The notes under the pieces are model-generated. The model did no database searches. It had not been told where the DNA came from and saw only the letters and a program-made list of their open reading frames with translations. A DNA stretch of 24,199 nucleotides from an uncultured delta proteobacterium (GTDB taxonomy: Bacteria > Desulfobacterota > Zymogenia > Zymogenales > Zymogenaceae), in NCBI GenBank assembly GCA_963792965.1, contig CAWBYW010000026.1, positions 1-24,199 on the forward strand, given 5' to 3'. A program made the position numbers and the translations under genes. Shown here piece by piece: positions 9,792-18,130 of this stretch (the first letter of the stretch is position 1; every line of letters starts with the position of its first letter).

Positions 9792-10895
9792 ATGAACGCT
9801 CGGGAACGTTTCCATGCGACCTGTCGCTTCGAGCGGCCCGACCGGCCGCTGCGCTGGGAGACCATCGGGTTCTGGGCGGAGACCTACGAGCGGTGGCATA
9901 AAGAGGGGCTCCCCGAAAGCGTCAACGACGACGTCTTCTCCGCTCCGCCTTTCTTCGGCTTTGATACGATGTGTTGGCTTCCCATTGCCGCCAATCCTAA
10001 TTGGGAGCCGGGATTCTGGCCGACCTTTCCCGACGAGATAGTCGAGGAGCATGAGGGATTCCTCATCAAGCACGACGTGGGCGGCAATACGGTGAAGGTT
10101 TTCACCGACGGCCGTTCCACCATCCCCCAGTACCTCGACCATGCGGTGAAGACGATAAACGACTTCGAGACGCTCCGATGGCGCCTGGATCCCGAAACCC
10201 CGGAGCGTTTTACCCAGAGCCTTGACATCATGATCACGCTGGCGACATCCAACCCCGATTGTTACACCTCGGCGTCCGTCTGCGGGCTCTTTGGGCTCTA
10301 CCGGAACCTCATGGGGCTTGTGGGATTTTCCGTCGCGATGAAACGCGACCCCGCGCTCCTGTCGGTGATCGCCCGGCAGTGGGTGCATATGAACGCGGCG
10401 CTCATCAAAAAGGTCCGCGCCAAGTGCCCGATCGACTTCATATATTTCTGGGAGGACATGGCCTACAAGAACGGCCCGATGTTATCTCCGAAAGCCTTCG
10501 CGCAGTTCATGGCCCCCTACTACCGGGAGCTAATCGATTCGGTCAGGGCCGATACAGACATCCGGGTCTTTTGCGTCGACTCGGACGGAGACATGTGGTT
10601 GTTGCTCCCACTCTTCTGGGATGTCGGGATTAACATGATGCTCCCCTTCGAGGTCCAGGCGGGGATGGATATCCGGGAGGTCAGAAAGAAATTCCCCCGG
10701 CTCATCATCTCGGGCGGCATCGATAAACGGGCCCTCTTTACGGATGAGGCCGCCATGAGGGAGGAAGTCACGTCCAAGGTCGCGCCCCTCCTTAAATCCG
10801 GCGGCTACATCCCGGCCCTCGACCACGCGGTACCGCCGGAGGTGTCACTTTCCAATTTCCAGAAATTCTTAAAGATCGTCAGGAAAGTCTCATAA
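9792..10895 (+). CDS. URO-D family protein, copy 2
   Basis: Intact 367-aa ORF with SD GGAGG; WEDMAYKNGPMLSP, VDSDG, GGIDKR, GGYIPALDHAVPPEVS. Confidence 0.88.
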   Translation: MNARERFHATCRFERPDRPLRWETIGFWAETYERWHKEGLPESVNDDVFSAPPFFGFDTMCWLPIAANPNWEPGFWPTFPDEIVEEHEGFLIKHDVGGNTVKVFTDGRSTIPQYLDHAVKTINDFETLRWRLDPETPERFTQSLDIMITLATSNPDCYTSASVCGLFGLYRNLMGLVGFSVAMKRDPALLSVIARQWVHMNAALIKKVRAKCPIDFIYFWEDMAYKNGPMLSPKAFAQFMAPYYRELIDSVRADTDIRVFCVDSDGDMWLLLPLFWDVGINMMLPFEVQAGMDIREVRKKFPRLIISGGIDKRALFTDEAAMREEVTSKVAPLLKSGGYIPALDHAVPPEVSLSNFQKFLKIVRKVS

Positions 10896-10914
10896 CCACG
10901 TGAGGAAAAGCCGG

Positions 10915-11250
10915 ATGAAACCCACCGCCATTCTTATCCTTGCCGTCCTGCTTGGGCTTCTCTTCGTTGTCGATGCCGTGGCCAAAAACAACGGCACCAT
11001 CACCGGTGACAGCGTACGCATCCGTCAGTCGCCGTCCATAAACACGGGCGTCCTCGTCCAGGTGAACGCCGGGACGCGCCTGTAGATCCTTGCCCACACC
11101 GACTTTACCGACTCCTTCGACGGTTTCACCGGCTACTGGTACTACGTAAATTATAGAGGGCTCCTTGGCTACGTCTTCGGCAAGTATATCCAGCCTGACG
11201 TGGGCGTTTCGATCCCATCGGAGAAAGAATATTTCGGCCCGAACCGATAG
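10915..11250 (+). pseudogene. Small secreted SH3b protein interrupted by an in-frame TAG at 11083-11085 (nonsense allele, base error or read-through)
   Basis: Signal peptide + ITGDSVRIRQSP...GTRL*ILAHTDFTDSFDGFTGYWYYVNYRGLLGYVFGKYIQPDVGVSIPSEKEYFGPNR*. Aligns without gaps to the next gene on both sides of the TAG. Confidence 0.8.
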
Positions 11251-11382
11251 AGACCACGAGGCGCGGCGCCGCACAACCGATCTCCGTAGACCGTTGCCGA
11301 CGATCCTCCGGGTAGACCTCAGAAGGCTCGGATGTATCCCTTTTAGGACGCATGTATATTTCTTTTGTCATGTAGGTGTCTT

Positions 11383-12014
11383 ATGAAACATCACATCGTA
11401 TCTCTGTTGGCCCTATTGTCCATGCTTGTCTTTTCGCTTGTCGCCGTTGCCGGCGAGAATGCCACCATCACCGGTGAGGGGCTGAGGATCCGGGAAACGC
11501 CGTCGATGGACGGCTCCGTCATTGGCTCCCTCTCAAAGGGGATGCGGGTCGAGGTGGTGACCCACACCGACTCTACCGACTCCATCGACGGCTTTACCGG
11601 CTACTGGTACTACATCGACTACAAGGGGGTCTCCGGTTACGTCTTCGGGAAATATATCAAGATCGACACCGGCGTATCGACACCATCCGAAAGGGAGTAT
11701 AAAGATACGGCGCTCCTTTCCGATATTCTCGGCGACTGGCCGATGCAGTACGATGCCCCGAACGTTACCTTTTCGTTTTTCCCGACCATGAAGGCAAGGT
11801 TCGTGGAATCGACCTTTGTGGGCGGTGGCCAGCGGGTCGTCGAGTATCCCCCGGTCGAAGGTACCTTTATCTTCGACGGCAAGACGATCACGGCCAAATG
11901 GGATGACGGCACCTCCAGCGTATTTGCGGTGAACAAGACCAAAGGGGTGACGACGCTGACATTAAATGGAGTGGTGCTGCCGCCGCAGCTGCACAAGCCC
12001 GCACCGGCGCATAA
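11383..12014 (+). CDS. Secreted SH3b-domain protein with beta-rich C-terminal domain; true 3' end uncertain
   Basis: ATG at 11383; signal peptide; ITGEGLRIRETPS...WYYIDYKGVSGYVFGKYI. The track ORF runs to 12396 through a terminator hairpin and the convergent gene, so the real stop is probably near 12010-12070 (an out-of-frame TAA lies at 12012). Confidence 0.7.
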
Positions 12015-12023
12015 GAAAGGATC

Positions 12024-12064
12024 GGAAAAGAAATTCGCCGCCGGGAGACCGGCGGCGAAGAAAA
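12024..12064 (-). terminator. Intrinsic terminator between convergent genes
   Basis: Perfect 11-bp stem TTCGCCGCCGG-GAGA-CCGGCGGCGAA (12034-12059); on the minus strand it is followed by TTTCTTTT. Confidence 0.7.
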
Positions 12065-12111
12065 TAAGCCCGCTATTTAGAGGGCCATATGACAGAGGGC
12101 CCCGGCACGCC

Positions 12112-12559
12112 CTAATAGACCGAAAAGGTGAGATTCCCTCGGCAGATTTCGCGCCCCGCACAGGAGACGGTCCCGCCGAATTTATAGATGTTGCCGAGCG
12201 ACGAGATCAGCTCCACGGAAAGCCTCAGCGTTCCGCCCTCGTTTGCGTCACCCGAGAATTCGAAATCCGCGATCCGTACGAGGTATCCGATCGTTGGGTG
12301 TTTCTCGTCCCGGGCGTTCGGGAAGGAGCTTCCTGCCGGCCACGACGAAGGCGGCCGTCTGTGCCAACGCCTCCACAAACAGCGTCCGGGGCATGATCCC
12401 TTCGCCGGGAAGGTAGGAGGCGATGAAGTCGTCGGTGGGCCGTATCTCCCTGATGCCGACGCCCCGCCTGCCGAACTCAACGTCGACCATCGAATCGACC
12501 AACAGGAACGGCGGACGATGGGGGATGACGGCGATGATATCGTCTCGGGTAAATTTCAT
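12112..12559 (-). CDS. FabZ/FabA-like hotdog-fold 3-hydroxyacyl-ACP dehydratase homolog, about 148 aa after one indel near 12290-12340
   Basis: IPHRPPFLLVD and MP..LFVEALAQ in the 12559 frame; GYLVRIADFEF...GNLTFSVY in the 12112 frame. Confidence 0.8.
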
Positions 12560-12572
12560 ATCGTACCGCTAT

Positions 12573-12606
12573 AAAAAAGTGCGGCCGCCACGAGCGGCGG
12601 CCTTTT
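12573..12606. terminator. Terminator-like hairpin between ACP and the FabZ-like gene
   Basis: GGCCGCC-ACGAGC-GGCGGCC (12583-12602), with A6 on the left and T4 on the right. Confidence 0.5.
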
Positions 12607-12671
12607 CATCCTATGCGCCGACGATCGGGGTGCCGGATGGGCTCTGTCTCGGCGTCATGAGTGTCGGACTG

Positions 12672-12944
12672 TTATTTTTCGTCCTTGCGCTCCTTGGCGA
12701 CGAAATCGGTGAGGGTAGTGATGGAGACGAATATCTTCTTTCCCACCTCCTCGTCGGCGATAACGATCCCGAACTCTTTTTCAAGGGCCACCACGAGCTC
12801 CAGCGCGTCGATGGAATCCAGGCCCAACCCGTTGCCGAAGAGCGGCGCGTCATCCTTGATGTCGTCCACGGTGACGTCTTCGAGCTGGAGACTGTCGATA
12901 ATCATCTTCTTGAGCCTGAGGGCCAGTGCTTTTTTGTCTTCCAA
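12672..12944 (-). CDS. Acyl carrier protein (aryl-polyene/type II PKS-like ACP)
   Basis: TTG start with SD AAGGAGG; phosphopantetheine motif PLFGNGLGLDSIDALELVVALEKEFG. Confidence 0.92.
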   Translation of the reverse strand: MEDKKALALRLKKMIIDSLQLEDVTVDDIKDDAPLFGNGLGLDSIDALELVVALEKEFGIVIADEEVGKKIFVSITTLTDFVAKERKDEK

Positions 12945-12988
12945 CTATTCCTCCTTGACCAAATGATGGCGGATGGCTCGGCAGTGCG

Positions 12989-13736
12989 CTACGTGAGGCC
13001 GCCGTCGACTGAGATGACCTGACCGGTTATATAGTTCGATTTTTCCGACGCCAAAAAAAGGACGGCGCCCGTGACCTCCTCGGGCGTACCGAATCGTTTC
13101 ATCGGGATGGCGGAAAGGAAGCTTTCCTTCACCTCTTCCGGGATGTCCTTGAGCATCTCGGTATCGATCACCCCCGGCGAGACGGCGTTGACGTATATGT
13201 TGAAGCGGGCAAGCTCCCTGGCAAGCGATTTCGTGAAGCTGATGACGCCGCCCTTGGCCGCGGCGTAGTTGGTCTGGCCCGCCCTCCCGACGATAGCGCT
13301 GGGCGATACGATATTGATGATCTTTCCGTACTTCTGGCCGATCATGAGCCGAGAGGCCGATTTCGATGTCGTATAAACGCCCTTGAGGTTCGTCCCGATC
13401 ACCTGCTCCCAGTCCTGTTCCCCCATGAACATGAGGAGCTTGTCTCTGATTATCCCCGCGTTGTTAACCAGGATATCCAGGCGCCCCGGGTCCTTGCGGA
13501 TCCGTCCGAACATCTCCTCGACCTGGACGGTGTCGGCCACGTCGGCCTTGACGGCGACGGCCCTTCCCCCGGCCTCGATGATCTCGGAGACGGTCTTTTC
13601 CGCCGCGGCGTCGTCGCTGCCGTAGTTGATCACGACGAACGCGCCCCGCCGGGCAAGGGCCGAGGCTGATGGCCTTCCCGATCCCTTTTGAGCCGCCCGT
13701 CACGAGGGCGGCCTTCCCGGAATAATCGAATTCCAC
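12989..13736 (-). CDS. fabG: 3-oxoacyl-ACP reductase (SDR), about 248 aa after removing one extra base at 13660-13661
   Basis: TGGSKGIG (upstream frame), NNAGIIRD, GQTNYAAAKGG, VNAVSPGVIDT, YITGQVISVDGG. GTG start at 13736 or 13748. Confidence 0.88.
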
Positions 13737-13764
13737 AAATAAATCCACAAGAGTATAAATTATT

Positions 13765-13793
13765 AGGTTAGCCCAGTTCGCCTCTCAAGTCAA
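13765..13793 (-). promoter_or_regulatory. Sigma70-type promoter for fabG-ACP-fabZ
   Basis: Minus strand TTGACT-17 nt-TAACCT in the AT-rich divergent intergenic region. Confidence 0.55.
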
Positions 13794-13880
13794 GAGGAAA
13801 TATATCCGGCTGCAATTGCCAAAAAGATACTTCGCCGTTAACAAAACCCAACATTTCCGGCGAGAAACGCACAAAAACGA

Positions 13881-13909
13881 TTGACTTATTCGTAAAACTC
13901 CATCATGAT
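13881..13909 (+). promoter_or_regulatory. Sigma70-type promoter for the dehalogenase/DUF3179 unit
   Basis: TTGACT-17 nt-CATGAT followed by an AT-rich tract. Confidence 0.45.
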
Positions 13910-13962
13910 ATATATTAGAGTTATTTTTATTCCATCAATCACAATCAATATTCGAGGGCGGT

Positions 13963-14854
13963 ATGCCGGTCATCAAAACCCCCGAAGAACGATTCAAGAA
14001 TCTGCCCGATTATCCGTTTGCTCCCCACTTCCAGGCGGTGGCCGGTCTCTCGGTCCACTACGTCGATGAAGGGAAAGGAGATCCGATCCTGCTCCTTCAC
14101 GGCGAGCCGACCTGGTCGTTCCTCTACCGCAAGATGATCGGGCCGCTTGCCCTCTCCCATCGGGTTATCGCGCCGGACTTCATCGGGTTCGGGAAGTCCG
14201 ATAAGCTCACCGATTTCAACGACTATACTTTCCGGATGCACGCCGATACCCTCACGGGGCTTATCGCCGCCACAAAGCTTTCCGACATAACCCTTGTCGT
14301 TCACGACTGGGGGGGCATGATCGGCCTGTCGGTGGCCGCGGCGTCCCCCCACCTCATAAAGCGGCTCGTGATCCTCAACACCGGCCTTCCCACGGGCAAG
14401 AAGCCGGCCGAGGCCTTCCTGCGGTGGCGGCAGTTCGTCGAAGACACAGCCGATCTTCCCATCGACCTCGTCATCCGGATGGGCCTTGCCCACCCGGAGC
14501 GGGTGTCCGAACAGGTCTTCGGCGGCGTATACGGCGCCCTTCCCCGATGGGTCCTATAAGGCCGGGGCGCGGGCGTGGCCCCTCTCGGTCCCCATCACCC
14601 CCGATGCACCGGTCTCCTCCGAAAACAAAAAGACGCGCGACGCGCTTTCCCGCTGGGAAAAGCCGGCCCTCGTGCTCTTCTCCGACAAGGACCCGATATC
14701 CAAGGGGGCCGACCTCTTCTTCAGGGAGCTCATCCCCACGGCAAAAGACGAGCCGAACATCACCATCAGTGATGCCGGCCATTTCCTCCAGGAAGAAAAG
14801 GGGGAAGAAATCGCCGAGGAGATCGAGCGATTCATACGACGCACCTCCAATTAA
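13963..14854 (+). CDS. Haloalkane dehalogenase (alpha/beta hydrolase, DhlA/DhmA-like), about 296 aa after removing one extra G at 14521-14522
   Basis: TPEERFKNLPDYPFAPH, HYVDEG, LHGEPTWSFLYRKMI, APDFIGFGKSDK, nucleophile HDWGG, AYTAPFPD, FSDKDP, GHFLQE. Confidence 0.9.
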
Positions 14855-14899
14855 TCCCACTACCCACGACCGCCATTCTCTGCGGGAAAGGAGCACAAC

Positions 14900-15865
14900 A
14901 TGACCACCCCCGCCTTTGACCCCCGCCGCGCCGTCACCGCCGGGGGGGGCCTGCTCAGGCCGTTTGCCGTCAAAGAGACACGGCCCCTGGCCGACGCGCT
15001 GGCGGAAGGCCTGCTGAGCGACGACACGCCGGTCCTCGTGGTGCAGCGCGAAGGCACTGCCGTTGTGCTGTTGACCCGCCAGATGTCCTACTACCACGTG
15101 GCGCAGGGAGAGCTTCACGGCAAGGCCTGGGGCGTCTTTTTCTGACCCTCCTGCAACACCGGGGTGGTCATGACCCCGGAAGTCGACGGGAGGCTTCTCC
15201 ACTTCATAGTTGCCGGCACCTACAACGGGATGGTGTTGATTGGCGACCGGGAAACCGGCTCCTACTGGGACCATATGACGGGCGAGTGCGTCTACGGGCG
15301 GCTTTCGGGAAAGCGCCTCGAGATATCCCCGCTCTTGCACACTACCGCCGGCCAGGCGCTCGCCTCACACCCCCGGGCGCTGGTCGCGATCGGTAGGCAG
15401 TCGCTCTTCGAGCGTTTCATGTCCACGGCGTTTGACTGGATGCGACAGAGGGCCGGAAGGTTCCTGGTGCCGCTCGTGAAATCGACGATGGGGGCCGAAG
15501 ACAAACGGCTCCCCCGCTGGGAGATCGGGCTGGGCGTCTGGTCGGATACGGCGGCCGTCTACTACCCGAAAAGGGTGATCGAGGAGAAGGGCGGCCTTGT
15601 CGTGGACGAGTTCGAGGGAAGGCGGATGCTGGTCTATCTCGACCCGAGATCGGAGGTCCCGGCGGCGATCTTCGCCGACACGAAAACCGCCCGATGGGAG
15701 GGCGACCGGATCGTTCTGGACTCGGGCGCGACCGTGCGCGACGGGGCCCTGCGGGACGAAAAAGGGAATCCCCTCTTTACCGCCCGGCCGATGCAGCTCT
15801 TCTCTCGCTGGTTCGGTTTCGCCCTGACCTTTCCCGGATGCCGGATTTACGGGAAAAAGGGGTAG
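14900..15865 (+). CDS. DUF3179-family selenoprotein, 321 aa, Sec at codon 82 (TGA 15143-15145, UPSC motif)
   Basis: Track ORFs 14900-15145 and 15164-15865 are in the same frame: ...WGVFF-TGA-PSCNTGVVM...DRETGSYWDHMTGECVYGRLSGKRL...SRWFGF. SD AAGGAG precedes 14900. Confidence 0.85.
15146..15179 (+). promoter_or_regulatory. Candidate bacterial SECIS element
   Basis: Stem CCGGGGT (15159-15165)/ACCCCGG (15173-15179); loop GGTCATG starts with G, 20 nt after the TGA. Confidence 0.65.
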
Positions 15866-15968
15866 CCGTGACGGTCGGCGTTGGGGGCTGAGGGGTCCAG
15901 AAAGTAGGCTCAAGTATCTATTATCGTTCTTTCGGATCGCATCTATAGAAATTGGCCGGGTAGGTTTC

Positions 15969-16793
15969 TCAACCCTCTATCTTGAACGCGGCCCTGTCTT
16001 GATCCGATTTCTCATCGAAGCCTCGCAGGAAACAAACGAGGAGGGCTATCCCCAAACCATAAAGGAAGAGGGTCAATAGGAACACCAAATAGGCATTGGT
16101 AAAGAATAATCCGGATACTACGTAGGCAACGGCGATGACATTAAAGACCATGAGGATCGGGGTGAGTATATACCCAAGAGGCCTCTTCTTGATAATTGCG
16201 ACGATCATATAGAGATACAGCGGGCCTATAATAAATAGATTGGCTACGTTTTTTGGGTCAGATATAAACCATATGAACTCGGACATCCCTCGATCTCTGA
16301 AATAGTCGCGATACAGAAGGTAGGTGGATACGTAGATCGTAGCGAAACTGAGAATGAAATAGAGGATAGCTATTTTCAGCGGAGTCTTTTCAGAAAATCG
16401 CGATGCGATCTTCTTGAGATCGAGCGCCCTGAAGGCAAGGAAGAGGACCAGAAGTGAAAGGAGAGCAATAAGACCATGACATATCTCGAAAAGTATATCT
16501 TGTCCTCCCAACGCGCTGAAGAAGATCAAGGAATAAGAATATAAAAAAAAGCAGATAAAACCGAGCCAGATAAACACGGCCCTTAGAGAGCCTCTTATTG
16601 AGAGGATAAGGAAGACTACAAAGGCTATCAAAATAATGGATATGCCTATACCGTTCCTCAGTATATCGTTAACGTAAAGGTAGTGTTCGGGATAATGTGA
16701 TTCGTCCCTTGTGAGGAAATAGCCGAAACTAATAATGTAAAGAACCGCGATGCACCAGGAGAGGATTAAAGCTATTCGTAGTCTCTTATCCAT
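15969..16793 (-). CDS. Hypothetical multi-pass membrane protein (paralog A), AT-rich
   Basis: 274-aa ORF with about 8 hydrophobic segments; shares RGSLRA..IW.G, RFSEKTP.K and GY.L.P motifs with paralog B. Confidence 0.75.
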   Translation of the reverse strand: MDKRLRIALILSWCIAVLYIISFGYFLTRDESHYPEHYLYVNDILRNGIGISIILIAFVVFLILSIRGSLRAVFIWLGFICFFLYSYSLIFFSALGGQDILFEICHGLIALLSLLVLFLAFRALDLKKIASRFSEKTPLKIAILYFILSFATIYVSTYLLYRDYFRDRGMSEFIWFISDPKNVANLFIIGPLYLYMIVAIIKKRPLGYILTPILMVFNVIAVAYVVSGLFFTNAYLVFLLTLFLYGLGIALLVCFLRGFDEKSDQDRAAFKIEG

Positions 16794-17072
16794 AATTCAG
16801 CCTATAAAAGAAGTGAACCGTTTTCCTGCGTGTGGGGAATGTACGTAGTCTAAACTCTTAGTTTATTTTTTTACAGCCTATCCCTTCCTCCCCAAGAACT
16901 CAAAAAGAAATTATGTTGCACGGCACGAAAGAACGGAATACCCGGGGGCGAATCCGGATAGTTACCGCTCCACGTGTTAGGATCTTCTTCCAGATATGAG
17001 GCGAGGGAGTTATCATACCAGACCACGTCATTATCGCCACCTATTCTAACCCAAAGAGAACTGTAATAGTGC

Positions 17073-17804
17073 CTACCTATTTTCCAAATGCTTCATAGAG
17101 ACGAAGCTTAGAATTAAGGAGAAAAGAAAGGGAAAAGGAGACAAGTAAAAAACTACGGCTCCACTGATGGATCCCGCCGTCAGATTATCAAGAAGGTTAA
17201 ATAAGAAATAGCTTTTGAACCATAGCAGCGTGTTCATCACAAAGATTACGGGAGCTAAGACATATCCGAAAGCCTTCCGTCTGATGAGCTGCACAATTAC
17301 AACCGTGTGCAAAGAGCCCAGGATAACGACATCAATGAAAATGAATAGAAGAAATGTAATGAATAGTCCGGGATAGCCGTGATAATATAAGTGATATTTG
17401 AGTACAAAATAGACTGGTAATTCTCCCAAGATTAGAAGCACGTTCAAAGCGAGAAAGGCGGCCATTGTCTTTACAGGCGTTTTCTCGGAAAACCTGGTTG
17501 AGATATCTTGAATACTCAGAGTTTTATAAATAAGGAAACATACAATAGTAAAGATAATAAGGGTTATAAGAAGTGCGAATTTGTACTCAGTACCAGCTGA
17601 TATCAAGTAATGTAACGACATATAGACCAGGTACAGGACAACTCCAAACCAAACCAAACGTCCCCGCAGACCTCCCGCATACGAAAAGACTAAGGATGCG
17701 GTAAAGACAATCGATAGGAATAAGATATAGTCGTAATGGATACATATAATAAATAAGAAACCTATTATCGAAAGGACATATGCTGTTTTCAGTCTGTTAT
17801 CCAT
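17073..17804 (-). CDS. Hypothetical multi-pass membrane protein (paralog B), AT-rich
   Basis: 243-aa ORF; MDNRLK start versus MDKRLR in A; GGLRGRLVWFG, RFSEKTPVK, GYVLAP. Confidence 0.75.
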   Translation of the reverse strand: MDNRLKTAYVLSIIGFLFIICIHYDYILFLSIVFTASLVFSYAGGLRGRLVWFGVVLYLVYMSLHYLISAGTEYKFALLITLIIFTIVCFLIYKTLSIQDISTRFSEKTPVKTMAAFLALNVLLILGELPVYFVLKYHLYYHGYPGLFITFLLFIFIDVVILGSLHTVVIVQLIRRKAFGYVLAPVIFVMNTLLWFKSYFLFNLLDNLTAGSISGAVVFYLSPFPFLFSLILSFVSMKHLENR

Positions 17805-17905
17805 TTCAATATCCCGAATAGTGACAGTATGCGGACGAAGAGACGGAATCCAAACACCGAGAGCTTTTCGTACGTTGCTCGAACTTAACGAGAGTTTTAT
17901 GATAT

Positions 17906-17980
17906 TTTCTATTACAAATCTGACATGTTGTCAAGACATATTTATGATCAAAAAAATACTAGACATAAAATCATAAATAT
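17906..17980 (-). promoter_or_regulatory. Candidate promoter with an upstream 11-bp inverted repeat
   Basis: Minus strand TTGACA-17 nt-TAGAAA (17934 to 17906); ATATTTATGAT (17938-17948) and ATCATAAATAT (17970-17980). Confidence 0.4.
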
Positions 17981-18091
17981 AGATAAGCAGAATTAATCCC
18001 GATTTTACTAGTACTGGGAGTAATATCTACGCCCGAGTCTTCGGAAGGAAACGCGGCCCCCGTCACCCTCACCCCCCACACCTTTGCGTGA

Positions 18092-18121
18092 TTGACATCG
18101 GCACCGCTCATCTGCTATACT
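18092..18121 (+). promoter_or_regulatory. Sigma70 promoter with extended -10
   Basis: TTGACA-18 nt-TATACT, with TGn immediately before the -10 hexamer. Confidence 0.65.
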
Positions 18122-18130
18122 TACAAAATT

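Noticed and set aside
1796-10902. Repeated intergenic 10-mers (TAACCACGTG at 1796 and 10893; TTGACTTATT at 13881 and 23711)
   Set aside because: Two copies of a 10-mer are expected by chance in a window this size.
12015-12396. C-terminal extension of the SH3 ORF overlapping the FabZ-like gene
   Set aside because: Runs through a terminator hairpin and antisense to a real gene; best explained by a missed stop caused by an indel.
16794-17072. Integron cassette array (attC between the two AT-rich genes)
   Set aside because: A CCTAAC exists on the gene strand, but there is no properly placed downstream GTTRRRY or attC-like palindrome, and no integrase in the window.
15882-18078. Imperfect 13-bp inverted repeat flanking the islet (TGGGGGCTGAGGG / CCCTCACCCCCCA)
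   Set aside because: Low-complexity G-rich match with no transposase or target duplication; likely chance.
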